A stretch of DNA of 63,978 bases, filler included, from Intoshia linei (taxonomy: Eukaryota; Animalia; Orthonectida): NCBI GenBank assembly GCA_001642005.1. It is 6 parts of 6 records of this genome, joined end to end, with 100 filler letters (N's around TTAATTAATTAA, not from the genome) between each part and the next. Parts side by side here need not be neighbours in the genome. Positions count along the whole stretch, not along the records: positions 5,740 to 36,774 come from LWCA01000343.1; positions 36,875 to 41,258 come from LWCA01001941.1; 4 more parts are not named here. One strand, given 5' to 3'. A program made the translations under genes and the position numbers. Below, piece by piece: positions 24,301-38,115 of this stretch. The notes under the pieces are model-generated. The model saw only the letters and a program-made list of their open reading frames with translations. It was not told the origin of the DNA and made no database searches. The first letter of the stretch is position 1, and every line of letters begins with the position of its first letter.

Positions 24301-27300
24301 AAGCTTCATTATCAGATACAGTGGCTAAACTACTCTGATTATCACTCATATCAGCAATCATAGTTAGAGAAGCCTCTTCAACTCTCCCCGGTAGACTAGC
24401 ATCGGATATTGTAGTTGAACATGACGCGTTACTGGTAGTTTTGAGAATCCCCGTTGATTTCATTATTTTACGTCGGTTATCTTCGTGTATTGGTTTATGT
24501 TTAATTTGGTGCCGTTTTCTGATGGGAAATTTCTTTTTATTCGATTTGTGAGAATTAGAATGGGAAGTTATAGAACTAGAAGTTGTTGGGTCTTGAATAT
24601 TCTCTTTATTAAGTGTTACATCGTATTTAAATCCATATCCGTATCTATAATTATTTACATAATCATTATCATTCCATTTAACACAAATCCATTTATCTTT
24701 ATATACATTTACAACAGACCCAGTAGAATTTCCATCTTGGTCATCCCAGCACCAATCTGGACCTCTAATCACTTCATCTCCAACTAGCAAATCATTATCT
24801 GAAGTAGTGTCTTTAGACGTGGTTGGTTCAAGTGAATGGTTCTGTACCGTGAAAGTGACATCAGTCGACGGTACCTTTTTGTCAAATTCTAGAGCAGAAT
24901 CAGACATGTCAAAAACTGGATTACAAACAGATCCGTAAATTTCAAATCCACAAAAACTTATGAAATGGTTTTTACCGCCAGAACCAGGACCTGTAGAAAA
25001 TATTCGAACATATCTGTATTCTTTGGGATAATTTGAGTTTTTTGGAATATCAATAGACCAAGTGTAGGTTGAATATCCGGAAGATCGCAAAGAAGTATCA
25101 TCCGTATGTTTTCTAAGGTTATACCAAGTTTTTCCATCTACTGAACCTTGAAATTCCCAATTTCGGAGAGATGTCCCAACCGAGTGTCTCAAGGTATAAG
25201 CTGTGGGTTTAATAAAAATACCCAAGTCAATACTAACCCAACTGTTTATAACGTCTGCTGTTCTAATTATATTTGGAGACTTGCTTCTACTAAGATATTC
25301 ATACGTTTTAGAATTAACTGTAGAATCATGCATGCCAGAATGTCTAACAATAACAATATTATGTTTTGCTGGGTTTATAAAAGTATTACTCAGTCCACTA
25401 TTAGTTCCGATAAAATAAATAATGCCGTTATCATCAAAATCACTTTCGTGTACAAATAAAATTGGTACGGGGTCGTTAGAAATAGATTTCAAGTATGCAA
25501 ACGTACTTCGTGGTTTATCGTACCAATGAGGTTTGATTATATTTTTAATGTGATTGTATATAAAGGATACGGTAGTTAATGGTTCAATTTTAATCGTAGT
25601 TTCTGACCGGTCCACAAGAGTAGTTTCATCCGGGTGTCTAAATAATTTAAAATAGCATTGTCTGGTCAAATTTTGCAACGAAGCAACAAACGAGGCTTCA
25701 TAACAGTAATTTTGATAATGTTCAATACCATCCAGGTAACTTACTAAGCGTTCAATATAGGCATTGGCAACATTGCTGTTTGAATCATTAAGGTTAGAGT
25801 CTAGAGAATTAAATATATAAGTAAAAATTCCCTGAAACTGTGCTTGCCATGAGTTCCCATTTAATTGATATTTTTCACAAAATTCAACTTTTTCTTTCGA
25901 CTCAATTAAATAAATAATGCATTCTCTTAAAAGCAAAAGAATTTGGTTAATTTTGGAAATTATTTTGCTAGACTGAATTTCAAAAGAAGACGGCATACTC
26001 TGATCGATTAAAATTGAAATAAACGTTGATAAAATTTCGACAATATCTGTAAAAACACTCACACACATTTGTTTGTGTTCAATCTTATCACCTCGATTAA
26101 ATGTTGTGATATCAAGACTAGTAAACACTTGCTCGATTTTTTGATAGAGATTCAAAAAAGTGTTCAAGGTTGGAGTATTTTCAAGTTTAATTTCAGTAAA
26201 CAAATTGCAATATAAATCATACATTTTATAAAAAACTGTAATTTTACTAAATACTTTGATGGGTATAACTGCTTCATTCAAATTGTAATTAGAAATGTTA
26301 AAATCTGACATGCTTTTCGATTTTCCACGGTCATAAACGTTGAAATTTATACACTTGTAAAAAACATGAGTCTGGCGTATATTGTGTGAAAAATGTACAA
26401 ATCCATTCAAAAATTTGACAATTTCTATTTTAACATTAAACCCTTCATGAACAATATACAAAGATTTATCAGAATTAGTAGAATTAAAATTACTGGGTTT
26501 ATCAACAATAAAAGTCCATTGATTAGATTGAATATACTTTTGCTTCTTCGATTGCAGTAATTTACATAAATTACGATGAGTCTTGGAAGCTCTAAGATTA
26601 TGCATAAAATGCACACTTTTAGTAATTTCCATGTTTCTTACCTTTAACAAATCTTTCCATTTACTGTCAGTGCATAATCTGCTATGATTCGAAATTGATG
26701 GTATCAATACATGAGAACTTAAATCTTGATACAAAACATTTCCATTGCCAAATAAAGGTATATCAATTGCATATAAATTGGTAAGAATGAAAATTGCATT
26801 GTTTTTAATCATAATATGAGCAAAATTGTTAAACTCGTAAAGTGTTTTTTCTTCCAAAGATTTTACATAACACCATTCCATGCCTTTCGGTAAAGGAGTG
26901 ACATTATAAGTTGAAGGTTCCGGCTTTACAGTAAAGAACGTCATTTTATATGCATTTTCCATATCAACATCTGAAGAATATAACATTTCCAATAAAGATT
27001 CTTGAATGCCCCTAAAGGAGAACCCCTTCAAATAAACATCCGGGTAGCAAGTACATAATGATTCAATAATTGACAATATAGACAGTTTCGATTTACCAAT
27101 ATCATTTATTTGCAATCCAGTAATTAAAATTTCGATAATATTAGACGAAAAATTGGGATCTTGCAATTCTAAATCTGCCAATATAATGGCGTCACAAAAA
27201 TATAACATTTCAATAATCATTTGCAAAGGAAATTTACGTTGCGAAATTGACGACCGAAACAACTCACAAAAGATTGGCAACAGTTTATAAATGTACCTAT

Positions 27301-30300
27301 CTGCAATGTCTGTATAACCCTGAAATATTATTTCTGGTGAATTCATAATATCAAAATTGGAATCATCATTCATTTTGACTTTAGATTCCAACAAAAGTTT
27401 TGCAATTTTATAGTAATTTTCTCGTAAAGTTTTATTTTTCGATTGCAAACATTCTTTTCTAATTAAATTAACAGCAATTTCTTTAGAAATAGTTTTCTTG
27501 TCAATATTGGCACCAGAATCTAGTAAAATTTTGACAATTTCGTATCTCCCGAATCGAACAGCGTAATGCAACGGCGCAGCTCTCATTCCAAGATTCAAAC
27601 ATTTATTATTAATCAAAAGTTTAACTACCTCAGGGGTACCGTACACACAAGCTGCACTAAAAAGAGACAATCCAATTTTATCAAAATTACTTCCAATGTT
27701 AGCGTCCTTTTCAATCAAATTTACAATTTCGTCAACATTATTACTTCTAATCAGCTCTAAAAATTTCAAATAGCTACAATCCAAAAGACTTTTTTTTGAA
27801 TGAGATTTGACTTCATTACCAATAATTATGGGCATTCCGACATTAATGTCAATTGCTCTTTCAACAAACAGATGACTGGGAGCAATTGTGTTGCACAATT
27901 GCTTGACATGTTCTGCATCGTAAAATAACGAACCAGAAATAATTTTTGCCAATTTAATAACCTCAGATTGCACTTTTTCATTTTGGCAATATAAAATCAA
28001 TTCAAAAATATCTACAAATTTATCAATGTGCAACATTCGACAGCAAAAATTTCGCGATGAACGGAATAAACTGTACAATAATTTTATAATTAATTGTAAA
28101 GATGAGTTTAAAGATTTTTTTATATCTGGAACCATATTTATCACATTAGAAGTTGAGCGTACACGCGGTAGAAAAGATTTTGGTGTTGATGGTTTATCTT
28201 CAGATGATATAGAAACAATTCCTTCTTTCAATGTAAAATTTACTGGAGGTGGCGGGTATATTTGATTTGATTTTACAACGGTATTGTCACTTTTGTTTTC
28301 ATTTTCTACAAGTTCTCCAAGTCTGTCAATTATAAATTCAATTAATCCATTTGACGCCAATATTTCGCAATCTATGTGTTTTCGATAAAAATTTTCAGAT
28401 AAACATAAAAAGCATTTGATAGTTTTGTCGGTTATCTAAATTAGTAATATTAACATAATTAATAATGTGTATTCAAATTTTATAAAAACTACTCGATTAT
28501 GACTATTTAATTTTACTTTTACTTAGTTTCAAAACTCAGTATATTTATGAATAACAGAAACTACTATCATAAGTAAAATAAAAAAGTAACTACAATAAAC
28601 AGTGTTTCCAACCTTTTTTACTACATTACCCATGTCATACCATGTAGTACTTATTTTGATATTACCCACAATATACTTTAATTACAAATTGATGGTCAGT
28701 TTTTAGAATAAGAGCCATATTAATTTTTTTAAAAATATAATTTTAATCTTTTGAGATTGTCATTTAAGATATTGGATATGATTTTAAACAACATACCAGA
28801 ATTTATATTTTACACAATTTTAGGACATGTTTCATTTTTAAAACAAAGAGTAATTTATGGTTTTGACCATGAAGGTCTGCGTTTCTGAAGCTAAGATTTA
28901 CGACAATGTTGATGATTTTATAACTCGTCCATAATTTGTTTTATTATATTTTTGAGCACATTTTATATTTAAACAAAAGGAAAAATTGGTTTTTCTCTCT
29001 GAAATACTCAAATTCGGAAACTGAAAAATAGATATCAACGTCCCTGCGACAAAACTGTATTAAATTTAGTTAAAATATGTCTATTTATCAGTCTGTCTGT
29101 TCTAGTTTATTTAAGAAAGTAAAAAAAGTCGAAATTCTAAAAATTTCATTTTCAGAAATTTCATAAAGTACTTCAAATTATAAAAAATACACAATCTAAT
29201 AATGATTTTAAAATTATCAACATAATAAATAGCAAACTCAAAAAAATCAATTTTCACGATCCAAACCACAGATTACCCTCTCTAAAAAATGAAAATAGTC
29301 GTATCATTCAAAAAAACTTACAGTTGATACAATTATATCTGGTTAACACCATAGCCTTTTTAAGACATGGGCAATATGGGCTGTAGCCCAGGGCTCCAAA
29401 TTAATAAAAGTACTTACATTTATATCTTAAAAAGAAATCCCATTTATTAAAAAATACTTCACATTTATATCTTAATAATCAGTTGATAAGTTTTGAAGTT
29501 TGAACTAATATAAATAATAATAAAATAAATAAAATAACTAATATAAACTCTATCAAGTACCAAACAGTTATAGAGCATAACCTCATACCTCTCCTTCCTC
29601 ACAACGAAAATTTAAGAAAAAATTTGATCTATCAACAAGATAATGCGAGTTGTCACAAATCTAGGTCGACAAAATTATTTTTAAATAATCATTTTTTTAA
29701 TATTATGAACTGGCCTGCTATGTCTCCAGATCTCAACTCTATAGAAAATATTTGGGGTATAATGGTTCGATGTCTCTATTGTGGAAATAAACAATATAAC
29801 AATATTAATGAACCAACAAAATCCGTAATGGATTCATGGGAGGACATTTTGGATGAAATGTCTTTAAAACTATCATATTCTGTAAAAAATTGTGCAATTA
29901 AAGTATTAAAAGTTGGAGGAAAGTCAATTAATTATTGAAAGAAATATTCATGTAGCATATATAGTCATTATAATTAATAAACAGTTGTGTTGTTATAATT
30001 GTGGATACTCTACATTTCCACTAATTTACTAAATATGGTGAATTGATTAAGAACTAATAATTTTACAATTTTTAAATAAACATGTAATAGCATTTCGTTA
30101 ATTTTATATTCTGCCAAATTTTTGATGTTACCAGTATTGTAATTATATTTATTGATAGAAATGACTGTTGTTATAATTAGTAAACGGAGTGTATATGATT
30201 ATAATCCGTAGAACATTTTTTAAAGAAACACTTTTAGTGTCCATCATATCTGGATATTACGTGATAAAAATTACTTCAGGTGATTTAAGGTATAGTAAGG

Positions 30301-30945
30301 AAGACAATGAACTAACAATAAATGCTAATTTGTCCTCATCAGGTGACAATTTTTGACATAATTTGGTAATAGTAGACATGGCTGATTGAACGGTATCTTT
30401 ATGTAAATGTTGTTCATATTCTGAAATTAAGGTAATAATATAATTCAACGCGCCACTGTCTAAAATGGCTGAAATTTCTCGTATAGTAATATATTCCAAC
30501 ATCTAAAAATCAATTTAAATTTTAAATAAAATTAAAATACCTTAACACATTGTTCAACTAAATCTTTGCTAATACGTTCATTAATATTAATATTAGAAAT
30601 TCGATTGCACAAAGATTTAATAAAACTATCAATAGCGACAAGTCGTCTACTGCATTCTGACGAAACGTCAAGATAATACGTAATAGCTCTCGCTGTAACC
30701 TCTAGCAACTGATCGCTAGCACTTTCATTTAAAAAAATATTTGCTAAAGCAGGCAAAAAGGTTCGTGGCGGATAGCTAAAAATAAAAATAAATTATAAAA
30801 TCAAAATGTAAAACTTGTCGAAGCATCGATCAATATTATCCGACATTAAAAGCATCATGCAAAGCTGCTCTAAAGCTACAAGTTGTAATTCTGCGTTCCC
30901 AGTTTTCAACCATTCTAGTAATGTAGAAGGATCGGCACCAGTCAT
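21317..30945 (-). CDS. HECTD1: E3 ubiquitin ligase HECTD1 (Ufd4 family), 2570 aa
   Basis: Exons 30945-30815, 30775-30541, 30502-30275 and 28435-21317 total 7713 nt. N-terminus [42 protein letters not shown], then ankyrin repeats, SUN-like domain ([17 protein letters not shown]), MIB/HERC2 domain ([14 protein letters not shown]) and HECT with catalytic LPSVSTC, ending GFYLN. Confidence 0.97.
29540..30191 (+). mobile_element. 5'-truncated Tc1/Tc3-like (DD34E) transposon remnant in HECTD1 intron 3
   Basis: YQQDNASCH...[16 protein letters not shown] with a 34-residue D-E spacing; candidate TIR end ...AAACGGAGTG|TA at 30191. Confidence 0.8.
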
Positions 30946-31471
30946 TAAAATGATAAATACAAATTAGGTAAATTTTATAATCTAAATTGGAATAAATCAA
31001 AATAGTTACATAAAAATAAAATGTATTTCATTTCCATAAAAACAATTGTACCTGTAGTAGTATCATGACTACTAAATTAATTTAAAATTTAATACATCAA
31101 TGAACCATTATAATTATTGTTTATATAGATTACTCAAAGTATAATTAATTAACCAATTTTTACATAACAATAAATTTTTAGACGCACAAAAATGTTAAAC
31201 GTCAATTAAATTAAATTGTAATTTACACTTAGGAAACTAACGCACATTTTATTATAATGAAAATTAATTGATTAGATACTAATGATACTAAAATTACCTT
31301 TTAACACAATTTTTTATATAAAATGTAATGCTGAAAACTTTCCATAAAATAAAGTACATATGGATAATTCAATTATCGTTTAACTGGAAGGATACCATGC
31401 AACAATTTAAATAAAGTCAAATATGACTGAAAAATTTATTCAAGGTACAAAAGTTTTTCTTGGTTAAATCT

Positions 31472-32761
31472 TTATTCGTATCCTCTAAAATATAACATGT
31501 AGTCGAATGCAAGTAATTGACATGTAAAAAATCAAATAACAAATTACCTGACATAATCAGCTATATCCCAATTTGACTCTACCTTTGCAACGTCGCTTAC
31601 GGAGGAACCTTCTGTGTTATCCACTATTGCTATTTGGAACTAAAGTACATTGTACTGATTTTATTCAAAAAAATGTCAATTACTTGATCTGAACTCTGTT
31701 TATCCATGCAATACAATACCTCGATGCATTTTTTTACAACACTTACTGCTTCTTCTTTTATAATGTTTCCTTGTTTAGATTCATAGAAATTTCTCAATAT
31801 GGGCTAAAACGATTACATTTTAAATTCAATATTATAGTCCAATTCCATTGGATTTGAAATAATTCTTAGCCACTTAAATAAATTGGCCATGGCCCAAAAA
31901 ATGAAAAAACCAGCACAATATAAGTACATAATACCTGCGCTATGTGTAAGCCAAATCCACACGCCAGGGTGTTGCCAGTAAAAGCAATACCAATTTTGTC
32001 TACGTATCCCAAATATCTATAAAAATTAGTATTGTACATAATTGTATCATAAAATAACGCAAAATTACTTTAATCCATCTTGCACTCCCCCAACAATATA
32101 AGTATTCCAAAATGGATTCATTTTGCATCTAGCTTGATACAAAATACGAGTCAACCAAGAATGCAAAATTAAAGGAGTCATTTTATACCCGTCATCATTT
32201 AAATCTTCCTGTAACCTATAGGTTAATTTAAATTTAAAAATTAAAGCATGATTATCAAAAGTACATTCTATTTTCAACCATGCTTTTCACTTTCTGATAA
32301 TCGGCCAAGTCCCCTGAAACACCGAGCACCGTATTTTCATTTATTTTCAATAGTCGTTGAACGTTTGGATATCTGTGCATATTACCATAATTTCCCATCG
32401 TGTCAGCCGCAATTACCACACCATTGTTGTATTTTATGCCAATAACAGAACTTCCTGTTGTTATCGGATATCTAATATTAAAAAAATTAAAAATGACATT
32501 AAATGGCGTAATTAACCGTAAATTTAGAAAAAAGTAGAGATTATGTGACTTAAATTATAAATAAACGGAAACAAGTGCCGTATTTCAGCAAACTGAGACA
32601 ATAATAATTCCCCTTTTATTGCTACCCCACTCTTTTATTTATTAAACCTTCAAAAAACTGGAAAAACACAAATAATTATATTAACAAACAAAATGTGTAA
32701 ATCAAATGAAATTTTTTAACTTGCTCATTTTATCTTGGGTACTAGTCTGATATAGGTTCAT
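31472..32761 (-). CDS. PSMB4: Proteasome subunit beta type-4 (beta 7)
   Basis: Exons 32761-32721, 32471-32265, 32215-32069, 32016-31935, 31803-31684, 31639-31548 and 31484-31472 give PITTGSSVIGIKY..GVVIAADT.G.YG...SGDLADYQ...HSWLTRILYQARCKMNPFWNTYIVGG...YLGYVDKIG...GFGLHIAQPILR...NWDIA...GYE*. Confidence 0.95.
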
Positions 32762-32951
32762 TTACTGAGCGTCGGCTTAAATTAATTTTTTCAAAATCAC
32801 GCTTCGTCTATATTGAAATTTATTCAATTAAACAGTAAATTGAGACATTATTAGGTTAAAAAACGATAAATTACCCTGAATATTCAATAATAGAATTCAT
32901 AGTTTGATTCATTTTATAAAGAGAAAATAAGTTAATTATAACTTTATTGTA

Positions 32952-34434
32952 ATGTCAAAATCACTTAAAAAAATTGCTGAAAAAATTAAACCTCCTCCCT
33001 ATCTGACTACAACAATATACACTGAAAGTGCATGTAATTTGTTTAGTTTATTTTTTGTATTCTTAACTTAATTTTATTTTAAAAAATTTAGCTCCTGCGC
33101 CTCCTTTGGGTACCCAAATTGCCGAGGTTTTAAAATTATTTATTTCTATATAAATTTTACCTTTTGAATGCATTTATTTGAAATTTTTGTTAAATTTCAT
33201 GTTAAATGGGCCCTCAATTTTCCAAATTGAGCATTAAAAATGATATTCTTGAATATCATGATTATTTTGTGCTAATGTTAAAATTAAAAATGTCATGTTG
33301 ATATGTCCAATACATTGGAGAAATGGTTAAGACTATATGACAGTATGAATCGTTTGCGAAATTTTTTTATGGGCCTATTTATCATTTTCTGGTGGCCTTG
33401 AGCTAGGTGGGTTCGGCTCTGTATGTATAGATGAGTTTGCAAAAATTTTTAACACAATGGTCCTTTAAGAATAAAAATTTTATGCGTCATGAAAATTTTA
33501 AATTTTTAATTACAAACAGATGTGTAATTAGTTAATTAAAATATGTGTGTGTACAGAGCCAAACATTCGATTCACCTCGAGTCACCAATTTTTTGTGTAT
33601 ACCATCATTTTCAAAAAGTGAAAAAAACTTATTCCTTGAATTTTAAAAAACGCAAACTTTAACATTTTTTCGAGGTTAATGAATGTCATCAATTTCTTTG
33701 TTTGAAATTTATATTTTTACGGTCAAAATCACAAATTACCTATTATTTTGAAACATGAAAACAACTCATAATCCTAGAATTTAAAAATAAAATATAGTTA
33801 ATACAGTTTTTTCAGAATCTCAAAAAACTCATTCTCAAAATATTTAAATGTCCGAAATTAATGCCTTGACGTTTAAAAGCGCATTTAGTATTTATTTTTT
33901 TTTGTACAAATAAAAAATAATGATTGAATATTATTTAATTATCGTTATAAAATTTAAAAATCTCAGAAATTCACGCATTCGTCGTCAAAAACGAATATAG
34001 AACCATAATCATATGACCATAGCCATTTATCCAAGGCTCTTGGTTTACCATTTTAAATTTAATACACAAAATAGTGATGATATTCAAGAATGTGTCATTT
34101 TAATAGTAAATTTGCAAAAATGAAGCCCCATTTTACTTAAAATTCGTTGAGGTTGAGGTTATGGTAGGTTCGGTACGGTATATTGTTATGAATATTTTCA
34201 AAAATTTTGAATTACAATGTAATTTAACTGTCCACTTTTTGGAGTTATAGTGGTTACTAACCACTGTATTATTTATTTTCAGATGATGACACGTTTTTCA
34301 TAATTGTATATTATACTCATAAATGTATTAAAACTTAGAGAAATATTCAAATTGCAACGTTCATCAAATATTTCAATGAGCAGACTAAACATATTAAAAA
34401 GAATGTACCAATTCCTATACGATTGTGGGCTAAT
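32952..34434 (+). CDS. MRPL11: Mitochondrial ribosomal protein L11 (uL11m), first three exons
   Basis: Exons 32952-33033, 33092-33126 and 34339-34434 give MSKSLKK...ASPAPPLGTQIAERNIQIATFIKYFNEQTKHIKKNVPIP. The remainder is not found before the gap. Confidence 0.85.
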
Positions 34435-34477
34435 GTTATTTTTTATTTTATAACAAAATTTTTAATTATCTCTATTG

Positions 34478-34805
34478 CAGTGGATCCCGATTCAAATAGT
34501 GTACGGAGTACTACGGACCCCCATTTAAAAGAATTATTTTATTTCACCCAATAGGAAAAATGAAATATAAAATGCATATGAAAAAATGGGATTTTTCTTT
34601 GAAATTTATTTTTGGGTTTCATTAAGTGGATTTTTTCAAAAAAATATCGGTAAAATTCGATTTTGACCTAAGGGTTTGAAATGGTATTTTTTATTACATT
34701 TTATTTTTATTAAACCAAGTTGATAAATTTTTTATATATTTTATTTGAACCTCCGGTATATAGTTTTGAACGCAAGGGGTCCAGGGTTTCAATCGGGAAC
34801 CACTG
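34478..34805. mobile_element. hAT MITE
   Basis: TIRs CAGTGGATCCCGATT / AATCGGGAACCACTG (14/15); TSD CTCTATTG / GTCTATTG. Confidence 0.8.
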
Positions 34806-34863
34806 GTCTATTGCAGGTATTCTCAACCTTTTTTAGCTGTGGACCCCCAAAAAATTGATAATA

Positions 34864-36194
34864 CAGTCAAACTTGGTCAATATGAACTGCTGTGTATCAG
34901 TTTTCGAGGCCGTTCAAATTAGAAACTAATATGAACAAGGTTATGGTGTTATGATAATCTAGGGGGAAATTCTTTATTTAAAATATATGTTAGAAATTTA
35001 TTTTAGGGTATAAATTTAATATCAATTAATAATTTATTAATATAAAATTAAAATAGTTGTATTGCATTGAATTAACTAAATTCTTGGTTTGCACTTAATG
35101 AAATCAGTCATTTTTATTTTCTTTTACTTTTTTTCATAAGTTATATGATCAATTATTTGCCAGCTGTTTTCCCTTTTGTGTGGTAAATTTTTTTTTAAAA
35201 TTTTTTCAAGTTTCATTGCATTATATGCGTCAAAACGTGTCAATATTTTAATATAAGGTTTTTCGATTTTCGGATTATGAGTGGTTTCAATTTTTCCCCT
35301 AACATATTAACTGCAAATAAAATGGTAATTCTTTTTTTGCGAAATTTTCCACTGGCCTTATCGGCCTTTGATATTGTGTACGTTCGAATCAAATAGCACT
35401 TATAAAAAGGCCCGTTTCATCGCAATTGAATATATTATACGGTCATATTCTTTTAATTTCGCTAAATATGCTTCACTCAAATTTAAGATTGTATTTTGAT
35501 TTACAGTTTTGGAATCCCCAATAATTTTGTATGACGATATAGTGTCGTTTTATAAATTGACCAGCTAACCTAATTAATTAAAAGCTAACCAGCCGTTCGA
35601 TGCTTTAAAATTTTGATTTATATATATAACTCTTTGTAGTAAAATTTCTCCACTAACACTTATATTTTGTGTTCGTTGAATTTGAAAACACTCGTACAGA
35701 ATATCATCTACTTGACTTCCGATCTTAAATGAGTTTTACGTTTCTGATTGACGTTGACTATTGAGTCATTTAGTATAGTCCTTATGTTTTAAAATATTGT
35801 TTACGGTTCTTATAGATATATCACGTTTGTCAGCTAAAAATCTTTGAGAACAATCGGCATCGTTTTTAAATGATTCTAATAATTTTCTGTTGTCATTCAG
35901 TAAAAAATCTTTTCTTTTTCGCTTTTTATATTTATTTTCAATGTTCATATTAAAAAAATTAAAATATAATAAAATCAGTATAAATCTGACAGTAAAATAT
36001 AATAACGTCCAAAATGAAATCGAAATAATTTCATTTTAAATAATAATAATTTTCAGTGTACAAAATGAAAAGATTCATATAAAACAAATCACTTTTCGTA
36101 ATGCTTCTATACAAAAAAAATCAATAATTATTACATTTGTTCAAATTAAGCTATATTCATATTGAACAGGATTCATAATGAACAGGTTTGACTG
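34864..36194 (-). mobile_element. Tigger/pogo transposon, decayed
   Basis: TA-flanked TIRs CAGTCAAACTTGGTCAATATGAA / TTCATAATGAACAGGTTTGACTG. Minus strand has an HTH ORF (35766-35948) and broken motifs FKASNGWL, IFNCDETG and RITILFAVN. Confidence 0.88.
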
Positions 36195-36874
36195 TAATCA
36201 CAATTTTTAATGAATCATTACATTTGGGGAACGAATGATGGTCAAAAGACATGGAGTACTCTATTTCTGCGAGATGATAAACTTGATGAACTATTAATAT
36301 TAACCTTTAACCCGTCAAGGTTCCCAAAATGGAACATGTTTTTCAGGTATTGTTTACAGTATTAATTGTTTACAATATTATTTTATTAGATCAATAAAAA
36401 GTCTATATTATTTATTATTCCTGTGAAAAATTAATATTTTTTATTTCTTGGTTGATGTTTCATAGAATCATGAATATTAACTGATTTTTTGTCCCATTTT
36501 CAATTTGAAATTTAAAGCTTTTTTATGACTAGAAACTTGGCTCGGTCATAAATTGTAATAAAATTATAATATTTTAATAATATAATTAAATAAAACCGAT
36601 GCTACTAAAATAGAACAATGAAGGTTTTTCAATAAGTTTTTACAAATGTAAGTAATTTAATTTAATACCAAAGAATTTACTTTTACATGATTTGCGCGTT
36701 TTATATTAGTATTTCTGAGCTTTTTTATTCTTATAAACGACATCGATTTAAAATATCAAATTAAAACCTGATAANNNNNNNNNNNNNNNNNNNNNNNNNN
36801 NNNNNNNNNNNNNNNNNNTTAATTAATTAANNNNNNNNNNNNNNNNNNNNNNNNNNNNNNNNNNNNNNNNNNNN

Positions 36875-37470
36875 GAAACCGAAGTTATAGGGATAGTGAG
36901 TAATAATTCCATACATTTTACACTCTCTAGTAAGACATTTAATAGATCAGTTCTATATATATATTCCAATAATTTCTGAATTGAGGTACATTTCTTAAAA
37001 TTTTCATCGTCGTATATATATTTTAATTTGCTAGTTCAAATAATATCAGAAATATCAGAATACATTCGCCGATAATTCATTTTTGGCATCAATAAGTGAG
37101 ATATATTCATCAAATTCATAAATCCAAGTTTTTACATCAATATTGAATTCTCCTACGTTGTTTAACAAAGTTTTCGGTTTCAAAATATCAGATAGCTGCA
37201 TTGAAATAAATTTGATAAGTTGAATTTGTAGTATAATTAGTAAGATTTAAATAAGAGCTTTTAAAAGAACAAGCAAATTCAACTTAGGTTAATAATATAG
37301 ATAAATAACAATCAATCTCATCTTCAATCTTCATAGTGATATTATATATCACTACACTCATTATTTAAAAATATTAAAATTAAAAATATTGTGAAATTAT
37401 TAAATTTATCAACTCCCAAAATATCTACTCGTGCTGAACACGAATGGCACGAGGTGGAGAGTCGCCACTG
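36875..37470 (-). mobile_element. Probable LTR retrotransposon 5' remnant (LTR end, PBS, decayed gag)
   Basis: On the minus strand ...TAATCA is followed by G-TGGCGAC (PBS-like, 37467-37461). ATG 37201 opens MQLSDILKPKTLLNNVGEFNIDVKTWIYEFDEYI, resembling a Gypsy gag N-terminus, followed by stops. Confidence 0.5.
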
Positions 37471-37706
37471 ATTAATACAATCAAGGTATACTTTAATTAT
37501 AACTTAAAGTAATATAAACATTTAACCTTTACGAGACTATGCTGATTTTCAAAATTGAAAGCAAAATATTTCAGTTTTGAAATGTTAAAAAACACTAAAA
37601 TTTAAAGCTTAAAATTCAAAAATTTCAGATGTCATTGATTTGTAAAGTGAACAACTTAAATTTGGCTTAGAATTAGCAATAAAATATATTTAATTTATAT
37701 TATATA

Positions 37707-37789
37707 CAGGGTTGATCATAAGATTATATAATATTATAAATATAAAATTTTTACAATTAATATAATCTTATGATCATTGATCAACCCTG
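37707..37789. mobile_element. 83-bp Tc1/mariner-type MITE (hairpin)
   Basis: TA|CAGGGTTGATCATAAGATTATA ... TATAATCTTATGATCA(TTGATCA)ACCCTG|TA. Confidence 0.7.
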
Positions 37790-38115
37790 TAATTACAATC
37801 ACGTCACGTGATTTTATATTAGAATATAATTTATTTTATGTTGGCACAAACTAAACATTGATAATAAAATTAATTTTTACGCATATTACGTTATTGTATG
37901 AGCAGTAATTTGTTCATAATTTATATTGGTACCGCCTTATTATGGTTTGTATACAAACCAATGTAAATTTATGAGTGTAGTTTTTGACATCTATACATGT
38001 AATTGTATCATAAAAGTTAATAATGACATACTAAACTAACATGTCAGATAAAACAAACTATCATTATATCATTATACAAATACTCAATAACCTTGAAAAT
38101 AAAAATGTAAAGTAC

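Noticed and set aside
21411-28265. Short ORFs inside HECTD1
   Set aside because: Antisense or alternate-frame shadows with no recognisable products.
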